IMG/VR virus record: IMGVR_UViG_637000270_000006
Length of the DNA stretch: 64,000 nucleotides
Reading direction: 5' to 3' (one strand)
From: a virus
The position numbers were made by a program, and so were the translations under genes. The notes below the pieces were generated by a model. That model worked only from the letters and a program-made list of their open reading frames with translations. It did no database searches and was not told where the DNA came from. Numbering within the stretch: position 1 is the first letter of the stretch; each line of letters starts with the position of its first letter. Of this stretch, positions 18,298-27,955 are shown one piece after another.

Positions 18298-18320
18298 GAG
18301 GCAAGCTAGCTTCTTGCCTC
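18298..18320. terminator. Hairpin at 3' end of rpn
   Basis: GAGGCAAG-7 nt-CTTGCCTC. Confidence 0.55.
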
Positions 18321-18498
18321 ATAGTTTATCTAGTTCATCATCTGTTAAACCAGTAGATGTTTTTATAATTTGCCGATCAACACCATTAGCAAATAATTGT
18401 TTGGCTAGTTGACGAATGGCATCCTGTCGGCCTAGCTGGTAGCCTTCATGCTTGCCTTTTTCGCGGCCTTTAGCCTCAAGCTGTTCTGCAATCGTCAT
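18319..18498 (-). CDS. Internally initiated small Rpn C-terminal protein (RpnS-type antitoxin, 59 aa)
   Basis: In-frame ATG of MTIAEQL preceded by perfect GGAGGA SD (18503-18508). Confidence 0.65.
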   Translation of the reverse strand: MTIAEQLEAKGREKGKHEGYQLGRQDAIRQLAKQLFANGVDRQIIKTSTGLTDDELDKL

Positions 18499-19224
18499 AA
18501 AATCCTCCCGGTAAGTCGGTGCTTTTTCCGCAAGGGTACGTATGAATCCCTCGCCGTCAATCGTATTTCCTGCTTGAGCTATATAATATAATAAACTCTT
18601 GCATTGTTCTTTGGAATACTGCCATTTTTCTATTAGAGTAGCTAATTCTACGGCAAGTTCCAACATATCGCGCGTTCGGATGTGCTTTTGTACAAGTTGC
18701 AGGAGTGCGACTCGTCGGTGGGTCAGGATCTCCTCATCCGGTATCGTGGTAATATCAACCAGCGGAAAAGCTTGTTGATACACCGTAGCTGCTAGCTCAG
18801 GATCAGCAAAACAGTCTAGGAAGTGCGTGCTATAAGGATAAGGTGACGTAGCACCGTGATAGAACAATACGGGGATCACTACCGGTAAGGTATCGTTACC
18901 TTGCTCAATATGTCGCTGCATGGCTGCCACACTGTACCGTAGAAGCCTGAATGCCATTAGCTTTTCAGGGCGACTCTGGTGCTCGACTACTGTGTATATA
19001 TAACCTTTCCCCGAATTCGTCTGCACGGAGTAAAGCATATCTGAACACTGGGTACGAAGGTCGTCTTCGATAAAGCTGCCTGATTCCATTGCAAGAGTGC
19101 TGAAATCGCAGCGCTCTCGAAGATGAGATGGCAAATGTACTTCCAGAAAGTCCCTAGCTATAGCGATATCGCCAAGGAACTTTTTGAATAGCGAGTCATG
19201 TTGGGATAGTGATGGTTTTGTCAT
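18319..19224 (-). CDS. Rpn family recombination-promoting nuclease (YhgA-like, PD-(D/E)XK)
   Basis: HDSLFKKFL, SFIEDDLR..SDMLYSV, VEHQS, MAFRLLRYS, MTIAEQL. Confidence 0.95.
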   Translation of the reverse strand: MTKPSLSQHDSLFKKFLGDIAIARDFLEVHLPSHLRERCDFSTLAMESGSFIEDDLRTQCSDMLYSVQTNSGKGYIYTVVEHQSRPEKLMAFRLLRYSVAAMQRHIEQGNDTLPVVIPVLFYHGATSPYPYSTHFLDCFADPELAATVYQQAFPLVDITTIPDEEILTHRRVALLQLVQKHIRTRDMLELAVELATLIEKWQYSKEQCKSLLYYIAQAGNTIDGEGFIRTLAEKAPTYREDFMTIAEQLEAKGREKGKHEGYQLGRQDAIRQLAKQLFANGVDRQIIKTSTGLTDDELDKL

Positions 19225-19431
19225 GGGTGTAATATATCGCGTTAAGGGGATAGTCTACCATTGAAATTACTGAACCTTTAATAAGCCGGATCGCTTTTAA
19301 TGAATATCACTAACAGCTATCTAGCATGGACCGTTTTTTTAACTTAGTAAACTGTTGATTGTTAAATTATTTTAGATGCACAATACACACAAAAAAATAA
19401 TTACATCAAAATATGACTATGTGTGGTTACT

Positions 19432-20010
19432 ATGACTGCTGGCGGGCATTTCATCTTTGTTTTAGCAAGCGCTATTTTTGCGAAGAAATTGGAGTTATCA
19501 CCAGCATTAGCTCAAGGGAACTGGGGGCATATCATTATTGGCGGAATATTAACCTGCCTGCTACCAGACATCGATCACCCCAAGTCTTTTTTAGGCCAAC
19601 GATTAAAATGGCTTTCGATACCCATTGCCAAAGTGTTCGGTCATAGAGGCATTACTCACAGTTTTCTGGCTATTGTAGGGTGCAGCATATTTCTTTCTTC
19701 AGACTTATTGTCACGAATTATCATTCCGATACCGGTAGATTTTGTCCATGCCATGATCGTTGGTTATATTAGCCACGTTGTAGCTGATATGTTAACACCA
19801 GCAGGAATACCGTTACTATGGCCATATCGTCGACGTTTCTGTATGCCAATATTGAACCCCAGTAAATATCCTAAGTGGGAACGAATATTTTGTGTATTGG
19901 TACTGGTATGTGCTGTTCTGTATCCCTTTGACATATTAATAAGTAATAAATTATGGGTTACTGATTCTATACAGAATATATGGCAAAGGGTACGTAACAA
20001 TTTGATTTGA
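19432..20010 (+). CDS. Metal-dependent hydrolase, YdjM family, membrane-associated
   Basis: MTAGGH, LLPDIDHPKS, GHRGITHS, SHVVADMLTPAGIPLLWP. Confidence 0.9.
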   Translation: MTAGGHFIFVLASAIFAKKLELSPALAQGNWGHIIIGGILTCLLPDIDHPKSFLGQRLKWLSIPIAKVFGHRGITHSFLAIVGCSIFLSSDLLSRIIIPIPVDFVHAMIVGYISHVVADMLTPAGIPLLWPYRRRFCMPILNPSKYPKWERIFCVLVLVCAVLYPFDILISNKLWVTDSIQNIWQRVRNNLI

Positions 20011-20020
20011 AATTGACTTT

Positions 20021-20123
20021 TATACTCAACGTACTTCAAGATGCATCCACCTCCCCATCAGAAGGCTCTAGTAGCAAGCCCCTCGAGCGGTCTTGCCGTG
20101 CATCTTGAAGTTTATTGAGTATA
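20021..20123. repeat. ERIC/IRU-like miniature inverted-repeat element (103 bp)
   Basis: TATACTCAA.ACTTCAAGATGCA ... TGCATCTTGAAGT.TTGAGTATA terminal inverted repeats with TA ends. Confidence 0.75.
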
Positions 20124-20199
20124 CATAAGATATTTGCTCTTAAGTGATTAAATTCATATCTATGAATACTAACGAATCTGAGTCATAGATTGATATCAA

Positions 20200-21588
20200 T
20201 TACATCGACTCAAGCTGGATATTACGGGTTTCGTGAGCAAACAGATAAACGATAGAACCGATAAAAAAAATAAATGAAAATATGAGGAAAGGTACGAACA
20301 CGACATTTTCAGAAAAATTTTTGCCATCGATTAGACCGCCGAGAAAAACAGGACCAACAATTTTAGCGGTAGCACCTACACCATAACCGAGTCCAAGACA
20401 GGTCGATCGTACCTGATTAGAAAACATTTCTCCACCAAATGTATTAATAATTCCAAATGCCCCATCGCCAAACATCATAGCGATAAGAATGCCAAAAAAG
20501 AAAATCCAGCTTGAAGATAGCATATTCAAATTTAAAAAATGCACGATTGTGCTGATCTGTATAGACAATGCTGCAATTATACATCCAAAAGCACCAATAA
20601 GACCGAATAAAAAGAGAGTTCGACGTCTTCCAAGATAATCGGAAATCCATGCTGAAAATAATCGGCCAACTAAATCCCCTAAAGACAGTATCATGAATAA
20701 ATTTGCCACAACATTAATACTAAAATGGAAAATCTGATTCAATAATACCTGTCCCCATGACTGAATAGCGAAACTTCCTAGTATAAAAGAAAATGAACCA
20801 ATAGCGACAATAGTAAGTTGTTTTGGGTAGTGCCTTATTATATTTAGATAAGACCTTTTGCTAATCGATACATATTCAGGTAAATGCCCCACTTTAGTTA
20901 CAGGGATATTCATCGCCCAGGCGTAAGCTTCACGGGCATCCTGAAAACGTCCTTTAGAGAGTAAATATCGTGGTGATTCTGGAATGAATTTTCTCCATGC
21001 TAATAAAATAGCAGGAAGACAACCAATAATTAAAAGTCCTCTCCAACCAAGCGGTTCAGCCAGATAACGAGTAGCGAATGATCCGAGAAATAGACCCAAT
21101 GGTACAAATGCTGAAGTCAAACCAGTAAACAGTCCTCTTTTTTTAGAAGGTACAAATTCTTGAACATAAGGCACAGAAATCACATTAAGCCCGCCAACGG
21201 CTATACCTACGCAAACTCGCATGATTGACAAAAAGAGCCAATTATTTTCAGGCGTTAGTGCAGCCAGTCCGGTAAATATTACAAGTAATAAAATACATGA
21301 GAAAAATGATTTCTTACGGCCATATTTATCAGCAAGCCACCCCCAAAAAATTGCGCCGATGACAGTTCCAAGTCCTGCCCCAGCAAGGATTAAACCAGAC
21401 TGTATTGTGCCTAATGACCACCGTTGATCTTGCATAAGCAGGGTAATGACAAAACCGACTAGAAATAAATCAAAAAATTCGAGAATATTTCCAATAGTAA
21501 GCATACATATAAGGGATTTTTGATTTTTTGTTAGGGGAGCTGAATCCAGTTGTTGTATAGCAGTGATACCTACTTTTACTGATTGCAT
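20200..21588 (-). CDS. MFS transporter (sugar/metabolite porter-like)
   Basis: 462 aa, ~12 hydrophobic segments, LEFFD, GWLADKYGRK, PESPRYL, DYLGRR. Confidence 0.93.
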   Translation of the reverse strand: MQSVKVGITAIQQLDSAPLTKNQKSLICMLTIGNILEFFDLFLVGFVITLLMQDQRWSLGTIQSGLILAGAGLGTVIGAIFWGWLADKYGRKKSFFSCILLLVIFTGLAALTPENNWLFLSIMRVCVGIAVGGLNVISVPYVQEFVPSKKRGLFTGLTSAFVPLGLFLGSFATRYLAEPLGWRGLLIIGCLPAILLAWRKFIPESPRYLLSKGRFQDAREAYAWAMNIPVTKVGHLPEYVSISKRSYLNIIRHYPKQLTIVAIGSFSFILGSFAIQSWGQVLLNQIFHFSINVVANLFMILSLGDLVGRLFSAWISDYLGRRRTLFLFGLIGAFGCIIAALSIQISTIVHFLNLNMLSSSWIFFFGILIAMMFGDGAFGIINTFGGEMFSNQVRSTCLGLGYGVGATAKIVGPVFLGGLIDGKNFSENVVFVPFLIFSFIFFIGSIVYLFAHETRNIQLESM

Positions 21589-21698
21589 ACTTGCTCCTTT
21601 TGTATCCGCAAAAGAGTATTCCTAGCGGTAGAAGGCCCTATATTTATAATCTATTAGCCGTTCAGAGCTAATAGCTAATTTATGTAAAATTATATCCA

Positions 21699-22917
21699 TC
21701 ATAAAGCAAGTAATTTTTTTTCCCACTGTTCAATTATTTCTCGTTTTTCTCTTAGATAGTTATACCTATCGTAATGTTTCGCTGACACACCTGGCCTCTT
21801 GTGATTTTGAAGTCTATCACGCATTTCCGCACTAATGCCCATATCCCCCGCCAGAGTTTTAAAGGTACGGCGAATATCTCTGGGGGTGAATTTATTAAAA
21901 CCGGTTAATTTACAAAATTTACGGAGTTGTTTACTGTATTCAGCGGATAGCAAATGCCCTTCTTTTGTATTGCCCGGAAAAAGAAACATCACGTCTGGAT
22001 ACTTTTCCCTCTGCCGTTTTAAAATTTCAGTGGCGCTTTGATTCAATGGGATAATGTGGAAATCACTATTTTTTGATATGTGAGGCGGTACTGTAAGGGT
22101 TTTATTTTTCTCATCCCAATGATCACGAGTATTGGTCATTATTTCCCACGGGCGCTGCCCGCCGGTAAAGATACACAGCATGGTCAATTGAGCGAAGTCT
22201 GGATGAATGGGGCAAGCTGATTCCGTTACTGAGAGCAATCTTAATAGCTCGCTGAGTTCCTCCCATGACAAAAAACGATCAAGTGCTTTATCTACCCGTT
22301 TTTGTGGTGGAATGACACTGACTGGATTTCGGTCAAGCCCGTAAATGGTTTTTCCGTTAATGTTGGCCGGATCGTTGTCCGCGAATAACCCAAAATTGAA
22401 TACGGCATGAAGGTTAGCTCTAATCTTATTTGCTCCGGCGTTTGCCCCACGCTCTATAAACTCTGCAAGAACACGCTTAATCTGAACGGGTGTTATTTCC
22501 TTAGCGGGTGTAGCAGGATCAATGTACTTACTGGTTAACACTTGGTTGAGTCTGTTTTTTGTTTTGTCATGAGAGCGATTACCTTGTTTTTTTTGAGTGG
22601 TGATGTAATCGTCAAACAATTGTTTTATAGTAGCGTGTTCAGCAATAGACGTTTCTGGCGCGGTGATATTGGCAGCGGCGGTGAGGGCTTTTGCGGTTGC
22701 TTCTGCGAGAGTTACCGTGGGATAATCTCCCAGTGAAAGGAATTTGCGAGCACCATCTTTATGGTACTTGCTAAACAAAAATCTTTCTGCCGGAAGGGTA
22801 AATTTTCAGACCCAAGCGACCTGTACCTCTGGTGGCTGATGACTGCCATACGTAATACGCTTGCTCTTTGGGTTTAATACCTCTGATCTTGCTGTCAGTG
22901 AGTAGTGTTCCTGCCAT
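21699..22917 (-). pseudogene. int: P4-type tyrosine integrase with arm-binding domain, frameshift near 22770
   Basis: N-terminus MAGTLLTDSKIRGIKPK...GLKIYPSGRKIFV stops at TAG; remainder in other frame with TGGQRPWE, PRDIRRTFKT, LQNH...HYDRY. Confidence 0.88.
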
Positions 22918-22937
22918 TACGGGTGCTCTTACGGGTG
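22917..22937. repeat. Direct repeat TTACGGGTG x2, probable integrase arm-type sites
   Basis: At 22917 and 22929, between integrase start and att core. Confidence 0.55.
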
Positions 22938-23057
22938 TCGTTATGGTGAAATACTATGTTATAATATGAAATCAGGCAACATGTGAAAATCTTTTTATTA
23001 CAGTAAATTGAAAGCGAATGAAATCATCTGTTATGAGTTAAAATCAGAAGTTATCGC

Positions 23058-23103
23058 CCTTCTAAGCCGTAGGTCACTGGTTCGAGTCCAGTAGGGCGTA
23101 CCA
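23058..23103 (+). tRNA. 3' fragment of tRNA-Arg(UCU), att core duplication; not a complete tRNA
   Basis: CTTCTAA anticodon loop, GCCGT, AGGTC, T-arm ACTGG-TTCGAGT-CCAGT, AGGGCGT-A-CCA; no D-arm upstream. Confidence 0.85.
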
Positions 23104-23117
23104 TTTAAATCAATAGT

Positions 23118-24283
23118 TTACGCCGTTTGGTTTCCTGTAGCGTTATCCAAAAGTGCCAGATTAGTGACATCGCTCGCCAGCGCATCGTCAATTTTTCTGG
23201 CATGCTCGATCAGGTGGCTGGGCGAAAGGTGTGCGTAGCGGCGCACCATTTCGATGGATTCCCAGCCGCCCATTTCTTGTAAGGCGGACAACGGCACACC
23301 TGCCTGCACTAGCCAACTTGCCCAGGTGTGACGCAAATCATGAAATCTGAAATCTTTTATCCCTGAGCGCTTTAGGCCAGTCTTCCAGGCTGAGTTATCA
23401 TCCACGCGAAGTTTCCTGACCTCTGGCGTTTTTCCTCCTCCTGCTTTATGTTTTGCTTTAGTATGGACAAAGACATAACGGTTGTGACGGCCTATCTGAT
23501 CTCTAAGCACCTTGCAGGCAGTATCATTCAGTGCAACGCCTATTGCTCTCCCTGCTTTGGCATTTTCCGGATGTATCCAGGCAACCTTCCGTTGCATGTC
23601 CACTTGTGACCACTCAAGATCGATGATATTTGAACGGCGTAGCCCAGTAGCCAGAGCGAATATGACGATGTGCCGAAAATTTTCTGGCATGCATTTAATT
23701 AAGGTGGATGCCTCGTCTCGCGTTAACCAACGGATCCGCCGGCTAACGGGTTTCCTGACCTTGATCACAGGGGCTTTTTCAAGCCACTTCCATTCGTCAG
23801 CCGCTATCTTTAAGAGACCTCGCATAAAAGAGAGGTGCTGGCTCTACGTGTTGCCGCAGATACGGGTTTTTCAACATAATCAGGAACAGGAAGACCTTTA
23901 CGTAGTGCAGCATCTCTTCTGGTTTCCCATATCTGACGATGTTTACGGTTTGGCATTTTTGCCACAGCCTGCATAATGTTATCTTCTGTCAGGCTGGACA
24001 ATGACTTTCCTGCAAAATAGTTGAGAAAAAACTCTATTTTAGTGCGATCATCATCCAGTGAACGTTTATGCCCTTTCTCTGTAATCCAGCGTAGGCAAGC
24101 TTCATCAAAGGTATGGTCAGGGATTTCTCCTAATTTACTTATCCGCCATGCTTCCGCTTTCAGCTGATCATAGAGTTCCTGCGCTTGCTTTTTGTCTGTC
24201 GTATCAAGGCAGCGTCTAATTCTTTTGCCACCCGGTTCAACGAAGTCACAGTACCAATTGCCATAACGTTGTTTAAGTGCCAT
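23118..24283 (-). pseudogene. int: DLP12/P22-type tyrosine integrase, frameshifted by a 2-bp duplication at 23842-23845
   Basis: [40 protein letters not shown]; halves 23810-24283 and 23118-23825. Confidence 0.92.
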
Positions 24284-24525
24284 CTAGATTTCCTTTCTGA
24301 ATGGCCGTTCTCTGCATTCACGGCCTGATTATGTTGCTGATAGTGGACATACTCAAGGCAGGCAGACTTCAAAATCTCAAATTGTCCACCACCATTACAT
24401 CCAGATTTACTTGCATGAAGTCGTTTATCTTTAATGAGTTTTCGTACAGTTCGTGGCGATTTTTTAAGAAATTGAGCCGCTTCGGAAAGATTGAAAATCT
24501 CATCATCCATTCTAAGCGTTGCCAT
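24160..24525 (-). CDS. xis: Excisionase-like HTH protein
   Basis: FNLSEAAQFLKKSPRTVRKLIK; overlaps integrase 5' end. Confidence 0.75.
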   Translation of the reverse strand: MATLRMDDEIFNLSEAAQFLKKSPRTVRKLIKDKRLHASKSGCNGGGQFEILKSACLEYVHYQQHNQAVNAENGHSERKSRWHLNNVMAIGTVTSLNRVAKELDAALIRQTKSKRRNSMIS

Positions 24526-24663
24526 AATAACCTCTGTTTAAATCAAGCCGCTGCGCCGTTTATCATGACGGTGAATAGGCCGGTTAGTTATGAATCATAG
24601 AAAGGGACTGTATGTAGTGATTTAATGAAGGGAGTAAGTATTTACAATTTAAAGGATTTGCAC

Positions 24664-24849
24664 TTATCTCCATCCGTTCCGCAAACATGATTTGCAGTAA
24701 TCTTTACGCGCCATTGCCCAGCCCAAGTTATGCAGTGATTTAGCTTGCTTGGCAGCCTTGCCCCATTGCAAGATTGCCTCAGCAAACTCACGATTGCTTT
24801 CGAGCGTTTTTGCTAACAGCGCTTCCTTAAAGTACTTCATGTTCTTCAT
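24664..24849 (-). CDS. ANR/PerC-like small regulator
   Basis: LESNREFAEAILQWGKAAK...NLGWAMARKDYC. Confidence 0.6.
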   Translation of the reverse strand: MKNMKYFKEALLAKTLESNREFAEAILQWGKAAKQAKSLHNLGWAMARKDYCKSCLRNGWR

Positions 24850-24854
24850 AACGT

Positions 24855-25058
24855 CTAAATCTCATTGTCGTAGGTGGCATGGCTCATCACGTCCCAGTGC
24901 CGTCCGTTGTCTTTTGATAATGCCCGCCATCTCCGATTAACGGGGATTGATAGATATTTGCGTCGGTAGGTGCGTTTGGCGTAGATGGCACCTGAGCGCC
25001 ACAGGCGGATGAGCATTTTAGCCCGCCGACGGATGTCGACGGGAATTCGGGGTTTCAT
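24855..25058 (-). CDS. ParE-like small phage protein
   Basis: LSIPVNRRWRALSKDNGRHWDVMSHATYD motif. Confidence 0.55.
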   Translation of the reverse strand: MKPRIPVDIRRRAKMLIRLWRSGAIYAKRTYRRKYLSIPVNRRWRALSKDNGRHWDVMSHATYDNEI

Positions 25059-25070
25059 GCACGGTTCCTC

Positions 25071-25820
25071 TTACGATGCGAAGCTGATTTGCTTTTGATG
25101 GGTAAAATCGCCGTTCCAGCTGAGTTTCATTGGCACCTTGCCGCGACGGTATAGGTCATAGATGCGCTCAGCCCCTTTACGCAGTAATACTGGCTGGTAT
25201 TTAATGAAGTCGTCTGCACCGTGAACGCTAATCATGTGTTGGTGCTCAGTCAGGTATTTGTCGCGAGCGTACGACGTGGCCCGCCAACGGATGCCGGATT
25301 TGCTTTCGTTGTAGAGCCAATTGCGTTCAGCGAGCCAGCCGTTAACCTTTTGGGTATTGACGCCGTTGAGCATTTTGCAGAACTGGGTAGAGGTCATGCC
25401 CTCCTTGAATAAGTTCTTGAGGTCGTGGATTTCTGCCTCCTGTTCTTTGTTGACCAATACTAGTGCAGCTTCACTCTTTTTCGATTCCAGCAGGGCTTCC
25501 AAGGCAGAGATGTAGTTTTCCGGCAGGACAGGTTTAGCAGCCAGTTTTTCGAGGTCATGCCAGCGTTTGATAACGCGCATGCGGTGAACAGCGCTATAGC
25601 CAGTGAGCAGGCATTCGGTGTGATCACGGTCGAGTAGATACTCAGTCTGCTGGCGATTCATGGAGTCCAGATAGATGTGCGCAAATTTGCTCACATCTCC
25701 CTGTAGGTCAGAAATCATCCGTTCAATGTCGCGTTTTACATCCGGATGGCGTTTTTCTGTCAATTCGGCAATCTCACGGCTAGACATGGTTAAAATATGT
25801 TCAGAAACTAAATTTTGCAT
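25071..25820 (-). CDS. Rha-domain antirepressor with KilAC-like C-terminus
   Basis: TMSSREIAELTEKRHPDVKRDI...LLTGYS..RMRVIKRWHDLE. Confidence 0.88.
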   Translation of the reverse strand: MQNLVSEHILTMSSREIAELTEKRHPDVKRDIERMISDLQGDVSKFAHIYLDSMNRQQTEYLLDRDHTECLLTGYSAVHRMRVIKRWHDLEKLAAKPVLPENYISALEALLESKKSEAALVLVNKEQEAEIHDLKNLFKEGMTSTQFCKMLNGVNTQKVNGWLAERNWLYNESKSGIRWRATSYARDKYLTEHQHMISVHGADDFIKYQPVLLRKGAERIYDLYRRGKVPMKLSWNGDFTHQKQISFAS

Positions 25821-25864
25821 GTGAATATTCCTCGTAGCTAAACGATTGATGGAAAAGAATTTAG

Positions 25865-26877
25865 TTATGCCGGTTCGAGGCAGAAAGTTTGAGAGAGTTT
25901 CGCCAGTCCCTTTGGCGTCACTATCACCTGCTCACGAATTTTGTCGGTGCCATCATTACCGGGAATAATCGAGATTTTATGCTCGAGGTAGCCGGACTGG
26001 ATTCTGCTCTGGTAGGCCATCCAGTTCTTGGCACCCACACGGCGATAAATCCAGCCACGCTCCTGGAGGAAGGCGAACAGGTCTTTGGGGCGCACCTGCA
26101 ACTCTTTGGCGGCGTTGGTGATGCACATACCGCCGTCAGATTTGGCGATGCGGTGCAGAGCTTTCACGTCTGGTGCCATTTCCTCTACCTTGCTTTCCAG
26201 AGCAATAACCTTTTCGGTGTAGGTAAGCAGGATGCCGCACATGGCCGCTGGGTCGTTGAGAATCTGAATTGGGTCGGCGGGGATGGCTAACTGTTTTTCC
26301 AGCTCTTGCCAGCGGTCAACCAGACGGGCGGTGAACTCAGGGCAGAGCTGAGCGACGACGATAATGCTATCGCGCTTTCCCTGTTCGCCAATGAAGACAT
26401 AGATTTTTGTTTTCTGAGGTAATTGCGTATTCCGGTGAAAGTGAACGGTCATTCCGGCCCTGTGAACGCTGATTCCGGCAGTGAAATACAGCGTGCTAAT
26501 AATCACATGGGTTTATTCTGTTGAGTTTGTCACGTTCTAGCCCCTGTTTCCTTTGGCAACGGTTCTGTTGCAGGACTGAGGCGGAGCGCAGCGCAGTGAG
26601 CACCGAACAGTCCTGTGGCAGAAGCGTAAGGGGATGTCACGTTTAACTCATTTGGCCGAGTGTTCACCCTCCAGAATATGCGTTCACTTTGCGCCGGAAT
26701 ACGCAGTAATCCTAAGTTATTGATATTTTCGGAATCCTGCATTGCAGGAAGCCGGATAATGCTTTTTGCAGCAAGACGTTCAATGGCTATCTTCACATTG
26801 TCATGGCGGCTACCGACCAGATTGGCAATTTCAAGGCTGGACATGGTTAATGTTTGTGCAATGGTTAAATTTTGCAT
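25865..26877 (-). pseudogene. Rha/ANT antirepressor interrupted by MITE
   Basis: Removing 26424-26705 plus one TSD restores INNLGLPQKTKIYVFIGEQGKRDSIIVVAQLCPEFTARLVDRWQELE; C-terminal ANT domain (MCITNAAKEL...VTPKGL). Confidence 0.88.
26424..26705 (-). mobile_element. 282-bp IS21-type MITE, copy 1
   Basis: TGCGTATTCCG...CGGAATACGCA ends, 5-bp TSD GTAAT (26419-23 and 26706-10); near-identical to 39409-39690. Confidence 0.9.
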
Positions 26878-26947
26878 ACAGATATACCTCGTTAGTAAAA
26901 ACGATGAAGATGTAACCCCGGAGTGTTACCGGGGCAGGAAGGAAATT

Positions 26948-27706
26948 TTAGTGACGTTGCAGGAACTGGCTAACATTTGCTTGTTGCCATTTAGTCAGAG
27001 CTTGGGACATAACATTGGACTGCTGTTGGCTACTATCCTCGATCATCCGTTGCATCTCGCCAAGTACGAGATTTGCATCTTCTTGCTGACGGAGTACACG
27101 CTTTATGGCTTGCCGTTCTGCCTCGAAGATTGTTTGCTTTAGCTGGGTGGTCATGGAGTAGATACGACTGCACTCTTCGGCTAATAACGGTATCTGCCGA
27201 ACTTCAAAGTGCTGTGGAGATGGTACGCCGGTAACGAGCCGTAGAGCATGCCAGATCCCTTGTGTCCATGCTTTTTCAAAACGAAAGCTGTTAGCCATGC
27301 TCCAAACGAGATGAGTTAATCTGCGAAGATTATCGTCGGTGAATAGTTCGGCTGCTGAGGAATTATGTCTCGGCATCGCATAAAGCTCAGCCTCCATGCG
27401 GTTAAATTCTGCGATGTAAGCTTCCTTGAACGCTGCTGCCTTTTTGCCGGTAAAGCCCATGACGAGGAAGACGAAGCCATCTTTGGTCATCTCGAACATC
27501 GGGCGAGGTTTGTTCTGTTCGTCGGTGTATTCTGCCCCCGCAAAATTGCGGGCGCTAAAATCAGCAGAACAATCCAGTGCGCGCAGCTTCTTCAAAACAT
27601 CGTCATGACGTTTTTGAAAATATTCAGCAACGTCAAGCGACGTAGTAACAGCTTTACCGTTATGAATGGTAACTTTTGGTGTGGTAACAGATGTTTGAAG
27701 CGTCAT
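26948..27706 (-). CDS. Rha family regulator with P22-antirepressor-like C-terminus
   Basis: AVTTSLDVAEYFQKRHDDVLK...MTKDGFVFLVMGFTGKKAAAFKEAYIAEFNRME. Confidence 0.92.
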   Translation of the reverse strand: MTLQTSVTTPKVTIHNGKAVTTSLDVAEYFQKRHDDVLKKLRALDCSADFSARNFAGAEYTDEQNKPRPMFEMTKDGFVFLVMGFTGKKAAAFKEAYIAEFNRMEAELYAMPRHNSSAAELFTDDNLRRLTHLVWSMANSFRFEKAWTQGIWHALRLVTGVPSPQHFEVRQIPLLAEECSRIYSMTTQLKQTIFEAERQAIKRVLRQQEDANLVLGEMQRMIEDSSQQQSNVMSQALTKWQQANVSQFLQRH

Positions 27707-27720
27707 GCTGACCTCCAGAT

Positions 27721-27803
27721 AGTGAACTTATAATCACCACCAAGAGGTATCAATCTCTATATTGGTGGTGAACTGAACAGGGTTGATACTACCGGGTTCA
27801 CCG
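27721..27803 (-). promoter_or_regulatory. C4 target elements upstream of the Rha gene
   Basis: Minus strand CGGTGAACC (27795-803) and GTATCAACC (27781-89); GATTGATACC (27746-55) and AGTTCACT (27721-28) next to GGAGG SD. Confidence 0.75.
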
Positions 27804-27865
27804 TCCGGCCTACCTTTCGGTAGCCCTATCCAGTCCACCATTGAGATGTGGCTAGATTGCGACAT

Positions 27866-27955
27866 AAAAAAACACGCTCGCGGCGTGTCAGTCTATCGCG
27901 GTGAATCTCGGCGGGGTATCAATCCCGGCACCTGAATTTGCAGATGCAGAGTGAC
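27866..27955 (-). ncRNA. C4-type antisense RNA (copy 2)
   Basis: Stem GCATCTG..CAGGTGC, loop CGGGA-TTGATAC-CCCG, b' GATTCACCG, ACACGC..GCGTGT-T6 terminator; TTGACG-N18-TATAGT promoter. Confidence 0.75.

Noticed and set aside
19300-19431. LexA box upstream of the YdjM-like gene
   Set aside because: No CTGT-N8-ACAG match found by eye.
23027-23103. Complete tRNA-Arg gene
   Set aside because: No D-arm and the 5' anticodon stem (TCGCC) does not pair with GCCGT; only the 3' 46 bp match.
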